64,000 nt of DNA from Polyangiaceae bacterium (GCA_044222475.1 JBGANF010000030.1:9532-73531), one strand, 5' to 3'. Positions 1 to 10,560 are shown, counted from the stretch's first letter. Numbers and translations are program-made. The notes: a model not told the origin generated them from the sequence alone.

Positions 1-411
1 GTCGCTGCCGGTTCCCGAAAGGATGATGGCTGCAGACTTCTTGTTGGGCGCGTTTGCGGCCAGCTCGCGAAAGAACACGTCGATCGGGTGTACGTTGCTC
101 GACCCGACGTCGCGATCCGTTGCGGTGAGGCGTCCGTCGCGGATACCGAGGACCTTGCCCGGCGGGTTCACGTAGACGTGGTTCGGAGCGACGAGCATCC
201 CGTCGACGGCCACCTGAACCGGCATGGTCGTGTGCCGGCGCAGGATCTCGTCCATGAGACTCTTGAAGTCGGGGGAGAGGTGCTGGACGACGACGAACGC
301 GAGCCCGCTGTCGCCAGGCATCCGGTCGAAGAACTGCTCGATGGCCTCGACACCACCCGCGGATGCTCCGATGCCGACGGTGAGCGCGGGTTGGAGCGGG
401 CTTGCGTCCAT
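1..411 (-). CDS. CheB methylesterase-domain protein (probably CheB/CheR fusion); only the 5' part is in the window
   Basis: Own translation from ATG 411 (not in ORF track): MDASPLQPALTVGIGASAGGVEAIEQFF...VVQHLSPDFKSLM...HPIDVFF...IILSGTGSD. These are the CheB motifs GxSxGG, VQH and LSGxGxD. Runs off the left edge. Confidence 0.85.
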   Translation of the reverse strand, partial: MDASPLQPALTVGIGASAGGVEAIEQFFDRMPGDSGLAFVVVQHLSPDFKSLMDEILRRHTTMPVQVAVDGMLVAPNHVYVNPPGKVLGIRDGRLTATDRDVGSSNVHPIDVFFRELAANAPNKKSAAIILSGTGSD

Positions 412-520
412 GCGGGTGCCGTTAGCAGATCTCGTGCCGTGGGACCGAGCCCGCGGAGTGCGTCGAGCCGACGGAGGCGCCGCACCTCTTGCGCGGGAGC
501 GCGCAAAATTCAACGACCTC

Positions 521-2452
521 TCAGCGGGGAAGGATGCTGGCGAGCGCGCCGAGGATTGCCTCCAACCGGACGGGCTTCACCAAGTAGTGTGCGAAGCCCT
601 CGCGCATGCCCACGTGTTGCTCGTGCGCGGAAGCGGCGGCGGTGAGCGCGATCACGGGGATGTGCCTCGTGCCGTCCTCTCGTCGAAGCGCGTGGAGCGC
701 CTCGATGCCGTTCATTCCTGGAAGGTTGATGTCCATGAGGATGGCGTCGGGTCTTTGCTCCCTCGCGAGCGCGACACCGTCCTCGGCCGTTCGCGCGACG
801 ACGAGCGTGGTGTCGTCGATGGCCGCAAAGAGGGCCTTCATGAAGCTCGCGTTGGCGGGGTTGTCCTCGATGTAGAGCACGAGGACTTCGCGGTCGGCGA
901 GCATCGTCGGCATCGGCGGTGGATCTCGTGGGGGCGACGTCTCGTTCTGGTTGCGAGAGGACGCTGCAACGTCGACCCAGAAGACCGAGCCCTCGCCAGG
1001 CGTGCTCTCGAATCCGACCGTCCCGCCCATCATTTCCGCCAGACGCTTCGCGATCACGAGACCGATCCCCGTGCCTTCGACCGGGCCGGTCTCCTGGCCG
1101 GCGCGCTGAAAGGGCTGGAAGAGGAGGCCCTGCTTTTCGCTCGGAATCCCCATCCCGGTGTCGCTGACGGAAATCCGGATCCGCCCCTCCGTCGGTCGCG
1201 TCGCCGTGAGGACGGCGCGCCCGCCGGGCCGGTTGTACTTCACGGCGTTGGTGGCGAAGTTCGTCACGATCTGGACGAGACGCGTGCGATCGGCGAGGAC
1301 CCTCAGTCCCTCGTCGGCGGGAGGCTCGACCACGACCTCGACCCCCTTCCCTTGGGCAGCATGCTCGATCGCCTCTCTGACGCTGGCGAGTACATCGCCG
1401 ACGCCGGTCGGTTCGACCGACACCGAGACGCGCCCGGCTTCGATGCGCGAGAGATCCAAGATGTCGTCGACGAGGTTGGTCAGGTGGGCGCCCGCACGGA
1501 TGATCTGGTCGATCCGCTCTTTGCCCCGCTCGGACAACGGATCCCGCTTGTCTCGCCGCATCAGCTCGGCGAAGCCCACGATGGCATTGAGCGGCGTTCG
1601 AAGCTCGTGACTCATCGAAGAGAGGAATTCGCTCTTTGCTCGGCTCGCCACCTCGGCGGCAATGCGCGCCTCGCGGAGCTCGACGGCGATGCGCTCGTCC
1701 TCCGTCAAGTCGCTCACCATGAGCAACGTCCCACCCTCCGCGGTTTCGCGCTCGTGGAAGCGCACACACGAACCGTCCGGCGCGGTGACCTTCCGGCCAG
1801 CGCCGCCGCTGCGGAGGGCACCCCGCATCTCCTCGAGGCGCGTCCGCTCCTCCACGTCGTGGATGCCGAGTCCGTCGAACAGGGCGGCAACGAGCTCGGC
1901 GTGGGTCCGACCTTCGATCGGATCGGGTAGGTTGCGAAGCCGCGCTCGGAAGCTCGCGTTGCAGAGGACCAGCCGATCGTCGGCGTCGAAGAGCCCGAGC
2001 GCCTCGGGAAACATCGCCACGGCGTTGGAGAGGCGGGTCGCCAGAAGCTTCTGCGTCTGCTCCAAGCGCGTGCGCTCACATACGTCGCGCAGCGTGGCGA
2101 CGACGGAGGCGCGCGGCCCGGTGCCGAGCGGACTCAAGCTGACCTCTACCGGTACTTCGCTGCCGTCCTTTCGGCGCGCCGTGAGGGTGAGCCCCACGCC
2201 CATGCGTCGCGTCACGGGCGCCTGGTGGTAGCGCTCGAAGTGCTGGGCATGGAGCTCGCGAGAACGCTGCGGAATCAAGACATCGTGAGAGCGACCGACG
2301 AGCTCGTTCGGCTCGTAGCCAAACGCAGCGGCGACCTGTCGGTTCGCGTAGGTGACTCGGCCTTCTCGATCCATGACGAGAACCGGGTCCGGAAGAACGT
2401 CCAGGATCGTCCGATAATCTTCCACTGTCTCGGCGACGAAGGGCGAGGTCAT
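521..2452 (-). CDS. PAS-domain hybrid sensor histidine kinase (PAS-HisKA-HATPase-REC)
   Basis: H-box SHELRTPLN, N-box NAVKYN, G-boxes DTGMGI and GTGIGL, C-terminal receiver (IEDN, LMDINLP, KP). Confidence 0.93.
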   Translation of the reverse strand: MTSPFVAETVEDYRTILDVLPDPVLVMDREGRVTYANRQVAAAFGYEPNELVGRSHDVLIPQRSRELHAQHFERYHQAPVTRRMGVGLTLTARRKDGSEVPVEVSLSPLGTGPRASVVATLRDVCERTRLEQTQKLLATRLSNAVAMFPEALGLFDADDRLVLCNASFRARLRNLPDPIEGRTHAELVAALFDGLGIHDVEERTRLEEMRGALRSGGAGRKVTAPDGSCVRFHERETAEGGTLLMVSDLTEDERIAVELREARIAAEVASRAKSEFLSSMSHELRTPLNAIVGFAELMRRDKRDPLSERGKERIDQIIRAGAHLTNLVDDILDLSRIEAGRVSVSVEPTGVGDVLASVREAIEHAAQGKGVEVVVEPPADEGLRVLADRTRLVQIVTNFATNAVKYNRPGGRAVLTATRPTEGRIRISVSDTGMGIPSEKQGLLFQPFQRAGQETGPVEGTGIGLVIAKRLAEMMGGTVGFESTPGEGSVFWVDVAASSRNQNETSPPRDPPPMPTMLADREVLVLYIEDNPANASFMKALFAAIDDTTLVVARTAEDGVALAREQRPDAILMDINLPGMNGIEALHALRREDGTRHIPVIALTAAASAHEQHVGMREGFAHYLVKPVRLEAILGALASILPR

Positions 2453-2471
2453 CGTGCGACTCCGTGCCCCG

Positions 2472-3683
2472 TCATGTCCCGTCGGGGAAGGTCATGCAGA
2501 ACACCGCACCTGGCGATCCATCCTCGATCCAAATGCGGCCGCCATGGGCGAGGACGGCTGCTTTGCAGAACGTCAGCCCCAAACCGCGCTCGGAGCGCTC
2601 CTGGCCACTGCTCTTGGCGAGCTGCGTGAAAGGCTCGAACACCGCCTCCCGCATCTCTTCCGGGATCCCGAGGCCGGCGTCCGCGACACGAATCTCGACG
2701 GAGTGGCCCGAGTGCTTCGCCCGTACCTCGACGCTCGAGTCGACCTTCGTGTATCGAATCGCGTTCTCCACGAGGTTCACGAACACGCGACGAAGAATGT
2801 CTTCGTCGGCCCACACGTAGTCGACCTCGATCCTCGAGCGCAGGTCGACACGCCGCCGCGCAGCGGTCGCGGCGAGCTCGGCGAAGATCGCGTCCAACGC
2901 GGAGCGCAGGGGGATCGCCCGAGCGCGGAGGGTGAGCTTTCCCTCATCGGCCCTGCTGAGGTCGAGGAGGTTCATGATCATCCGCGTCAGGTGACGCGCT
3001 TCGGTCCTGATCTGCTGGGCCGACTCTCGCTCGACGTCGGGCAGGTTCTTGCTCCGGAGGAGCAGCTGCGCGTGAAGGTCCATCGCGTTGACCGGGTTCT
3101 TGAGGTCGTGCACGACGAACGCCATGAGCCGTTCCTTCTGCAGCTGCGTCCGAAGTAGGTCGTCGCGCTGTTTGCGAACGAGCTCCACGTGCTCGCGCAG
3201 CTCGACGCTCGTCTCGCGGAGCTTCAGGGCGGTCTGGACGCGCACGAGCAGCTCCGTCGGACGAACGGGTTTGGTGAGGAAGTCGTCGCCGCCCGCCTCG
3301 ATGGCTTGATCGAACGTGTCGACGTCGCGAAGCGCCGTGAAGAAGAGGATGGGCGTTCCTGCACCACGAGGCAGCTGCCGAATGCGGCGGCACGCTCCGA
3401 GGCCATCGAGCTTCGGCATGCGGATGTCGAGCACGACGCAGTCCGGTGACTCGCGCTCGAACGCGGCAACGGCTTCTTCGCCGTCGGCGACGAGCACGAC
3501 GCGGCACCCTTCGGGTTCCAGCGTGCTCTTCACGAGCGCTCGGTTTCCCTCGTTGTCGTCCGCGACGAGCACCACCGGTGCCCGAGCTTGCGAGCGCACG
3601 TTGGCCGCGCCTTCCGCAATGCCCACGTCGTTCGGGCGATTGCCAGGGTGACGGTCACGACCTGAGTGCACGTCCATGCTCAT
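2472..3683 (-). CDS. Hybrid response regulator/histidine kinase (REC-HisKA-HATPase)
   Basis: VADDN, LDIRMP, KP receiver; HDLKNP, NAIRY, DAGLGI, GLGL kinase core. Start uncertain (3683, 3677 or later). Confidence 0.9.
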   Translation of the reverse strand: MSMDVHSGRDRHPGNRPNDVGIAEGAANVRSQARAPVVLVADDNEGNRALVKSTLEPEGCRVVLVADGEEAVAAFERESPDCVVLDIRMPKLDGLGACRRIRQLPRGAGTPILFFTALRDVDTFDQAIEAGGDDFLTKPVRPTELLVRVQTALKLRETSVELREHVELVRKQRDDLLRTQLQKERLMAFVVHDLKNPVNAMDLHAQLLLRSKNLPDVERESAQQIRTEARHLTRMIMNLLDLSRADEGKLTLRARAIPLRSALDAIFAELAATAARRRVDLRSRIEVDYVWADEDILRRVFVNLVENAIRYTKVDSSVEVRAKHSGHSVEIRVADAGLGIPEEMREAVFEPFTQLAKSSGQERSERGLGLTFCKAAVLAHGGRIWIEDGSPGAVFCMTFPDGT

Positions 3684-3698
3684 CGGCAACCAATGGCG

Positions 3699-3714
3699 AG
3701 CACGAGCCGTGCCA
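3699..3714 (-). promoter_or_regulatory. Putative sigma-54 promoter for the hybrid regulator operon
   Basis: Minus strand reads TGGCACGGCTCGTGCT = GG-N10-GC with TGGCAC at -24, just upstream of the 3683 start. Confidence 0.5.
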
Positions 3715-3832
3715 CGGGCGGCACGCGAATTGCCGGCATGGCGCGCGGCGCCGCACGCAGATCCTGCGAATGAGCGCACCCACTGCGCAGGCACCTACCT
3801 TGCGCCGACGCTCGTCCCGAGTTGGGACGGCG

Positions 3833-4969
3833 CTACTCCGCGCTCACGCGTTCGTCGATTCGCGTCTCGGGCTTTGCGTCACGATCCGACGCCAGGTACT
3901 CGTCCCACTTGCGGATCGTCAGCGCCATGAACGCGTGGAGCACCGGGTTCAGATCCGGCACCGGCTGATCCCAGTGGTTCTCGTACCCCTCTTGCTCGCC
4001 TTCGACCGCGAGCCCGTCCTCGTCGAGGAGAGGGTTCACCAGGATGCGCTTGGCGATGGGCATCACCGCGCCCACCAGCCGCTTCGGCATCGCGAACGGG
4101 ACGCCCGGGATCTTCATCATGTCGGGGCTGAAGTAGAAGAGGAAGAACGCCCGCGTGTTCCGCTCGTCGATCGGACGCACGAAGCACCAGTGCTTGATCT
4201 TCCCGTCCGTGTCGGACCACTGGTACGGGTACTTGTACCCGAGCTTCATCGAGTTCGTGTTCGTCTTCTTTCGGTTCACGAACATGCGTTGCAGCCGGCC
4301 GTCACCGACCTTCGTGTCGTACTCGAGATCGACCTGGTCGCCCTTGGCTTCGAGGTGCTTGAGCTCGGCGTAGGTGAACGGCCGCTTCGTGCGGTGCAGA
4401 TACGCGTGGGTGAAGTCGCACGTGTTGTCGATGATGATCGAGTGGTGCGCCTTCCACGTGAAGTCGGACGAGATCTTTCCCCAGCCGCTCGCGTCGTCCC
4501 ACTCTGGGATCTCGGGGAGCGACTTCGTCTTTGCGAGCTCGGCGTTGCCCGGGAAGAAGAAGATGACGCCGTACTTCTCCATGACCGGGAACGAGCGGAT
4601 CTTCACGTTCGGCATCTTGTGACCGAACAGCGAGTGCGAGATCTCGGTGCACTTGCCCGTGCCGTCGAACGTCCAGCCGTGGTACGCGCACGTGAGCTTG
4701 CACCCTTCGACGTTGCCGAGGCTCAGCTTGAGCTGCCGGTGCGCGCAGCGGTTCTCGAGCGCGCGGACGACGCCGTCCTCACCGCGGAAGATCGCGAACG
4801 ACTGCCGCCAGAAGACGACCTCCTTGACCTCGCCGCGCTTGATCTCGTGGCTCCAGAGCGCGGGGTACCAGTAATCGGGGTGAAGGCCGGCGGCCCGCTG
4901 CTTCTGGCGTTTGGTCTTCGCCGAGGCGTAGTCGGGCATCGGCTTCTTCGTGATCTGGTACAGCGTCAT
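3833..4969 (-). CDS. Rieske non-heme iron oxygenase, alpha subunit
   Basis: Rieske motif CAH...CAYH; mononuclear iron motif DFTHAYLH; distal Asp (EDG). Confidence 0.92.
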   Translation of the reverse strand: MTLYQITKKPMPDYASAKTKRQKQRAAGLHPDYWYPALWSHEIKRGEVKEVVFWRQSFAIFRGEDGVVRALENRCAHRQLKLSLGNVEGCKLTCAYHGWTFDGTGKCTEISHSLFGHKMPNVKIRSFPVMEKYGVIFFFPGNAELAKTKSLPEIPEWDDASGWGKISSDFTWKAHHSIIIDNTCDFTHAYLHRTKRPFTYAELKHLEAKGDQVDLEYDTKVGDGRLQRMFVNRKKTNTNSMKLGYKYPYQWSDTDGKIKHWCFVRPIDERNTRAFFLFYFSPDMMKIPGVPFAMPKRLVGAVMPIAKRILVNPLLDEDGLAVEGEQEGYENHWDQPVPDLNPVLHAFMALTIRKWDEYLASDRDAKPETRIDERVSAE

Positions 4970-5036
4970 GGCGCGGCCCTTTTACCGCGAGCCGGGGCCC
5001 CGAACCAAGCGCAAATCCTGCGTTTTGGCGCGTTTT

Positions 5037-6032
5037 TCAGCCCCGAACGAGGCCGCGAGCGCGAAATCCCTCGTAGGCGTCGCGTACGGCGTCCTCGATC
5101 GACGAGGGTTCGTACCCCAGCTCGGTCTTGGCCTTGGTGATGTCGGCCCGTCGCTTCATCTGGAGGAGGCGGACCGCATCGGGGGTGAACCGCTGGGGCC
5201 GCTCCGGCGCGACCCGGTTCAGGACGAAGCTCGACACGTGGGCGATCCCCATCATCAAGGTGGGGGGCAGCGCGCGAGGGCGCTTCCGGCCGGTGATGCG
5301 CTCGAGCATCCCCATCAGATCGTCGACGGTGAGGAACTGGGTGCTGACGATGTACCGCTGAGCGGTGCGCCCCTTCTCCATCGCGAGGACGTGGCCGCGC
5401 GCCACGTCGGCGGCGGAGACGAACTCGAAGCCGCCGGGGATGTATGCCGCGAGATCACCGTTCGCGAAGTCGAGGATGACGCGACCCATGCGCGACGGCA
5501 CGTAGTCGTGCGGGCCGAGAACGGCCGTCGAGATCACCATCACGACGTCCTGCCCGAGGGCCGCGGCCTTGAGGCACTCGTGCTCGACCCACGCCTTCGT
5601 CGCCTCGTACGGGAGGTGATGCTCGAACGGGTTGAACGCGTCGTCCTCGTTGCACGGGCGGTCCTTCGGCTGACCGACCGCGCCGAGCGAGCTCGTGACG
5701 ACCACGCGCTCCACCTTGGCCGCGCGCGCCGCCGCCAACACGTTGCGCGTCCCGACGACGTTCGCGTCGTAGAGCTCCTGCTCGCGCCCCTGCACCGTCT
5801 GGACCCGCGCGGCGACGTGGTAGACGCGGTTGCAGCCCTTGATCGCGCGGGCGAGCGAGTCCGCGTCGACCAGATCGCCCTCGACGATCTCGACGTCGTC
5901 CTTGACGTCCTTGAACGCGGCGTGGTCGGTACCTTTTCGGACGAGCGCGCGGACGGTCTCGCCTTGTCCCAAAAGGGTACGAAGGAGGTTCGCCCCGACG
6001 TGGCCGCTGGCTCCGGTGAGGAAGACGGGCAT
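5037..6032 (-). CDS. NAD-dependent epimerase/dehydratase (extended SDR, 3-beta-HSD/HpnA-like)
   Basis: Start MPVFLTGASGHVG (Rossmann fold), HVAA, TSS, catalytic YEATK. Confidence 0.9.
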   Translation of the reverse strand: MPVFLTGASGHVGANLLRTLLGQGETVRALVRKGTDHAAFKDVKDDVEIVEGDLVDADSLARAIKGCNRVYHVAARVQTVQGREQELYDANVVGTRNVLAAARAAKVERVVVTSSLGAVGQPKDRPCNEDDAFNPFEHHLPYEATKAWVEHECLKAAALGQDVVMVISTAVLGPHDYVPSRMGRVILDFANGDLAAYIPGGFEFVSAADVARGHVLAMEKGRTAQRYIVSTQFLTVDDLMGMLERITGRKRPRALPPTLMMGIAHVSSFVLNRVAPERPQRFTPDAVRLLQMKRRADITKAKTELGYEPSSIEDAVRDAYEGFRARGLVRG

Positions 6033-6060
6033 CGGCGACTTCTTATCACGGAGCTCGGCG

Positions 6061-7278
6061 TCAGCCGAGGAAGCACTGGCCGAGGCCGCGGTACGTCTTC
6101 GCTCGGTCCACGATCCGATCGCCGCGCACGAGCAGGTACTCGGCGAAGTGCTCGGCGAGCTCTCCAGCCTTCGCGTGGCGGAAGAACACGGGCTCGCCGA
6201 TCGCGAGCGTGACGCCTGGCGGAACGCGGAGCGGCGTCTGGACCTCGCCGGCGCCTTCGAGGCCGAGGAGCTGGAGCCCTTCCGGAAGATCCGGTGCCGG
6301 CACCCGATCCCACGCCGGGGGGCCCGACGCCACGTAGCCACCACCGAGGCACGTGACGTACCCCGGCCCCGGCACGCGCACGATCTCGAGGGCGAACCAC
6401 GCCGCCGGCTCGGGTCGCACCTCGCGGTAGCGGTCGAACAGCCTGCTGCAGAGAAAGCCCGACCCGGCGGTGACCTCGGTGAGCGCAGCCTCGGCGGCGC
6501 ACCACGTGAGGTTGCCGGTGCCGCCGCCGTTGACGATCTCAGCGCGGTGGCCGCTCGCCGCGAGCGCCTCGACGATCTCGGCGCGCTTCTTCTCGACCTC
6601 GACGCGGGAGCGCGACTTCACGAGGCGACCGAGCGCGCCCTCGATGCGCGCGCGCGGTCCGCCCGGGAGGTCGTCACCGACGCCGGCGATCTGCGCTTCG
6701 TACCCCATGATGCCGGCGAACCTCAGCGCGGGGTGCTCGGCGACGCGAGCGACGAACGCGAGCACGTCGCGCGGCTCGCGGATGGGGCTCCGCCGCACGC
6801 CGAGGACGAGATCGCGCAGCGGGCGATACGACATGTCGACCTCGACGAGGACGTCGATCCGCGTCCGCGCTGATTCAGCGGCGGCGGAGAGACACGCGAG
6901 GTGTGCCACGTCGTCGACGATGACCGAGAGCTTCGCGCCGCGCGCTGCCAGACCGGCGAGGAGCGCGGCGTCGTCGCGACGCGTCGTCGGATACGCGAGC
7001 AGGAGATCGTCGAACCCTTGCTCGCGGAGGAACGCGGTCTCGCGCGCGGAGTACGTCATCAGACCGGCGCCCGGCGTCGACGCCACGATGCGCCGGACCA
7101 GGTCGGGGACGCGGAGCGACTTCGTCGCCACGCGGAGCTTTTTCCCGTGGGCCGTCGCGTGGCGGACGAGCAGCTCGACGTTGCGCTCGAAGGCGTCCAG
7201 GTCGACGAGCGCGCACGGCCACGCCTCGCCCTCGATGGCGCGCGAATACCGCGCTCGCCGCTCGATCGCCGACTCCAT
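6061..7278 (-). CDS. Fold-type III PLP enzyme (alanine racemase N-domain; DSD1/D-threonine aldolase-like)
   Basis: LVDLDAFERN, RVATKSLR (PLP lysine), MGYEAQ, NGGGTG, EVTAGSG, GAGEVQTP. Confidence 0.85.
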   Translation of the reverse strand: MESAIERRARYSRAIEGEAWPCALVDLDAFERNVELLVRHATAHGKKLRVATKSLRVPDLVRRIVASTPGAGLMTYSARETAFLREQGFDDLLLAYPTTRRDDAALLAGLAARGAKLSVIVDDVAHLACLSAAAESARTRIDVLVEVDMSYRPLRDLVLGVRRSPIREPRDVLAFVARVAEHPALRFAGIMGYEAQIAGVGDDLPGGPRARIEGALGRLVKSRSRVEVEKKRAEIVEALAASGHRAEIVNGGGTGNLTWCAAEAALTEVTAGSGFLCSRLFDRYREVRPEPAAWFALEIVRVPGPGYVTCLGGGYVASGPPAWDRVPAPDLPEGLQLLGLEGAGEVQTPLRVPPGVTLAIGEPVFFRHAKAGELAEHFAEYLLVRGDRIVDRAKTYRGLGQCFLG

Positions 7279-7395
7279 GACGCGCAGCGTACCTCGTCGA
7301 CGCAAAAACCGACGCACCTACCGCGCACGCCTTGCGCGAGGGGCCTCGGTTGTCGCGGATTCGCGTGTGGATCCGACCTTGCACTCGAGGCGGCC

Positions 7396-8589
7396 ATGAC
7401 GGCGACGGCGACGGAACAGGCCACGGGCACGAAGGGGAAGCGACGCCTGCGGAAACGCAGCTTCCGCTGGATCCTCTGGCTCGCCGCGGTCGCGCTGGTC
7501 GCGCTCGGGGCGTGGCGCTATCTACGCGCTCGCGCCTCCGCGCCGGTCGCCGTGCAAACCACCCGCGTCGAGCGAGGCGCGGTGCGCGACTTCGTCACGA
7601 GCGTCGCGGCCGGGCGGGTCGCAGGACGCCAAGAGGCGACCGTACGCGCCGAGATCGCCGGCACCGTGAGCGTGATCCACCGGCATCGGGGCGATGCCGT
7701 CCACGCCGGAGATCCGCTCTTCGAGTACACCGCGCAGGATCTCACCGAGCGCCTACGGCTCGCCCAGACCGCGGTCGCGATGGCGAACGCGCAGGTGAAG
7801 CAGGCCGAGCAGAACGCGGCCGTCACCGAGACGAACCTCACCCGATCGCGCCGGCTCCTCGACGTGAAGGCGATCCCGAGCGCCGAGGTCGAGAACCTCG
7901 AGGGGCAGAGCCTCGTCATGCAACGTACGGTCGACGCCGCGCGGGCCGCTGTGAGGCAAGCGCAGGCCAACGTCGAGATCGCCCGCACGGCGGTCGGGAA
8001 GACCGTCGTCCGTGCGCCGTTCGATGCCACCGTGCTCGACGTGAAGATCGAGGTCGGCGAGGCGACGTCGCCCGGCATGCCCGTCGTCCTCGTCGCCGAC
8101 ACGTCGGCGCTCCACGTCGACGCAGAGATCGACGAGGCGGACTTGGCGAGAGTGCAGGTCGGCATGCCCGCCGACGTGAGCTTCGACGCGCTCCCCGGCG
8201 AGCGCATCCGAGGCAAGCTCTCGTCGATCGCGCCGAGCGTCGCCCGCGATCTCCGCGGCGGCAAGAGCATCGCGATCGACGTGGAGCTCCCTCCCGATGC
8301 GCGCCTCCGGGTCGGCATGAGCGCCGACGTCGACATCATCGTCGCGGTGCACGAGAGCTGCTTGTTCGTGCCACCGAACGCAGTGCTCGGGCGCGGAGCC
8401 GACCGCAGCGTCTACGTGGTGACGAACGGCGTCGCGACGAAGCGATCGGTCGACGTCGGGATCTCCACGTGGGAGGCGGTCGAGGTGAAGAAGGGCCTGG
8501 CCGAGGGCGACTCGGTCGTCACCACCCTGTCGGCAGCGAAGCTCGCCGACGGCGTCAGCGTCACGGCGACGCAAGCGACCGCGAAATGA
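7396..8589 (+). CDS. Efflux membrane-fusion (periplasmic adaptor) protein, MacA-like
   Basis: N-terminal TM anchor, lipoyl halves (GDAVHAGDPL; VRAPFDATV), coiled hairpin, LRVGMSADV. Confidence 0.9.
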   Translation: MTATATEQATGTKGKRRLRKRSFRWILWLAAVALVALGAWRYLRARASAPVAVQTTRVERGAVRDFVTSVAAGRVAGRQEATVRAEIAGTVSVIHRHRGDAVHAGDPLFEYTAQDLTERLRLAQTAVAMANAQVKQAEQNAAVTETNLTRSRRLLDVKAIPSAEVENLEGQSLVMQRTVDAARAAVRQAQANVEIARTAVGKTVVRAPFDATVLDVKIEVGEATSPGMPVVLVADTSALHVDAEIDEADLARVQVGMPADVSFDALPGERIRGKLSSIAPSVARDLRGGKSIAIDVELPPDARLRVGMSADVDIIVAVHESCLFVPPNAVLGRGADRSVYVVTNGVATKRSVDVGISTWEAVEVKKGLAEGDSVVTTLSAAKLADGVSVTATQATAK

Positions 8590-9320
8590 GCGCCGCGGTC
8601 AGCGCACCAAAGGCCGAGACGCTCATCGACGTCGTCGACGTCGAGCGCGTGTTCCCGGTGGGCGACGAGCCTCTCGTCGTCCTCGAGGGGATCTCCTTCC
8701 ACATCGATCGCGGAGAATACGTCTCGATCATCGGACCGTCGGGGTCGGGCAAGAGCACGCTCATGTATCAGCTTGGCTGTCTCGACACGCCGACGTCAGG
8801 CAGCGTGCGACTGGCGGGCTACGACGTGAGCGACCTCGACGACGCCGAGCTCGCCGCGCTCCGGAACCGCTTCATCGGCTTCGTGTTCCAGTCGTTCAAC
8901 CTCCTGCCTCGCACCACCGCCACGGACAACGTCGCGCTGCCGCTGCGCTACGCGGGGGTGGGGCTGCGCGAGCGACGCGCCCGCGCCAAGAAGGCGCTCG
9001 AGCGCGTGGGGCTCGGTCACCGCGCGGATCACCCTCCCGAGCGGATGAGCGGCGGCGAGTGCCAACGCGTGGCGATCGCGCGCGCGCTCGTGACCGAGCC
9101 AGCGCTCCTTCTGTGCGACGAGCCCACCGGCAACCTCGATCAGAAGGTCGGCCGCGGGATCATCGATCTGTTCGAGAAGCTCAACGCCGAGACCGGGACG
9201 ACCATCATCATCGTGACCCACGACATGGCCATCGCTCGCCGGAGCCGGCGCGTGATCCGGCTCGTCGACGGGAAGGTCGAGTACGACGGCCCGCCCGTCG
9301 CCGGACACCTGGAGAGTTGA
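8586..9320 (+). CDS. ABC transporter ATP-binding protein (MacB/LolD-like)
   Basis: Walker [10 protein letters not shown], signature MSGGECQR, Walker [14 protein letters not shown]-loop VTHD. Confidence 0.95.
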   Translation: MSAAVSAPKAETLIDVVDVERVFPVGDEPLVVLEGISFHIDRGEYVSIIGPSGSGKSTLMYQLGCLDTPTSGSVRLAGYDVSDLDDAELAALRNRFIGFVFQSFNLLPRTTATDNVALPLRYAGVGLRERRARAKKALERVGLGHRADHPPERMSGGECQRVAIARALVTEPALLLCDEPTGNLDQKVGRGIIDLFEKLNAETGTTIIIVTHDMAIARRSRRVIRLVDGKVEYDGPPVAGHLES

Positions 9321-9327
9321 GGCGATC

Positions 9328-10530
9328 ATGCTCGACCATCTCCTCTCCGCTTTGACGGCCCTCGCTGCGAACAAGATCCGCTCGGCGCTCACCATGCTCG
9401 GCGTGATCATCGGGGTGCTCGCGGTCACGCTGCTCGTCAGCGTCGGCGACGGCGCGCGCGCATACCTCGACGACACGTTGACGTCGATCGGGACGAACCT
9501 CCTGACGGTGCAGCCGGGTCGCCGCGAGACGCGCGGCGGCTTCGGTCCGCCGATGAGCAACACGCAAAAGCCGCTCACCCTCGACGACGTCACCGCGCTC
9601 GAGCGCCAGGGGACGCTCCTGCGGGGCGTGAGCGGGACGCTCATGGGCGGTGGCGCGGTGCGCTACGCCGGCCGCGAGCGCAACACGATGGTGTTCGGCG
9701 TCGGGCCGGCTTTCAGTGATCTGCGCAACATGCACGTCGACGTCGGGACGTTCATCCGGGAGGAGGACGTCACCTCTCGCAGGCGAGTGGTCGTCCTCGG
9801 ACGGACGGTGGTGCGCGAGATCTTCGGCGACGAAAACCCCCTCGGAAAGCCGGTCCGCATCGCTGACGGGCGTTTCCGGGTGATCGGAGTGATGGAGGCG
9901 CACGGGGCGTCGTTCGGGTTCGACATGGACGACCTCGTCTTCATCCCGGTGAGCTCTGCTGCGGACCTGTTCGGCCAAGATCACATCTCGCAGATCGTCA
10001 CCGCGGCGAGGAGCAAGGACGACGTCCCCCAGGCGATGGCCGAGATCGACGAGGTGCTCGCGCGCCGACGCCACGGCGAGATCGACTTCACGGTGCAGAG
10101 CCAAGACGACCTGATGAGCGCGTTCAGCACACTGACGACCGGACTCACGTGGGCGCTGCTCGCCATTGCGTCGGTGTCGCTCGTCGTCGGTGGGATCGGG
10201 ATCATGAACATCATGCTCGTCAGCGTGCGCGAGCGAACGCGCGAGATCGGAGTACGGCGCGCGCTCGGCGCGACCCGGGCAGACATCCTGTGGCAGTTCC
10301 TCATCGAAGCGGTCGCGCTGGCCGCCCTCGGCGGCGTGGTCGGGCTGGCGCTCGGGTACGGGATCATCGACGTCGTTCATCGGACGGCGCCGGCCGTGCC
10401 TCTCCGGTTCTCGCCTTGGATCGCGATGGTCGCGTTCGGAGCGTCGTTCGTCGTCGGCGTCGCTTCCGGCGTAGTGCCCGCGCGCCGCGCAGCGATGCTC
10501 GATCCGGTGGACGCGCTCCGCTACGAGTGA
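9328..10530 (+). CDS. ABC transporter permease (MacB/FtsX family)
   Basis: RSALTMLGVIIGV, GGIGIMNIMLVSVRERTREIGVRRALGA, terminal PVDALRYE. Confidence 0.95.
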   Translation: MLDHLLSALTALAANKIRSALTMLGVIIGVLAVTLLVSVGDGARAYLDDTLTSIGTNLLTVQPGRRETRGGFGPPMSNTQKPLTLDDVTALERQGTLLRGVSGTLMGGGAVRYAGRERNTMVFGVGPAFSDLRNMHVDVGTFIREEDVTSRRRVVVLGRTVVREIFGDENPLGKPVRIADGRFRVIGVMEAHGASFGFDMDDLVFIPVSSAADLFGQDHISQIVTAARSKDDVPQAMAEIDEVLARRRHGEIDFTVQSQDDLMSAFSTLTTGLTWALLAIASVSLVVGGIGIMNIMLVSVRERTREIGVRRALGATRADILWQFLIEAVALAALGGVVGLALGYGIIDVVHRTAPAVPLRFSPWIAMVAFGASFVVGVASGVVPARRAAMLDPVDALRYE

Positions 10531-10560
10531 CGCGCTTGCTTCGGCGGCGCGGCGCCCTAC

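Noticed and set aside
3719..3734. Plus-strand sigma-54-like GGCACG-N4-TTGC
   Set aside because: It points into the 3' end of the Rieske gene with no sense gene downstream, so it cannot be supported.
88..5140. Long plus-strand ORFs (e.g. 224-1930, 3446-5140)
   Set aside because: Antisense shadows of motif-bearing minus-strand genes, as expected in high-GC DNA. The same applies to most Arg/Ala-rich ORFs in the track.
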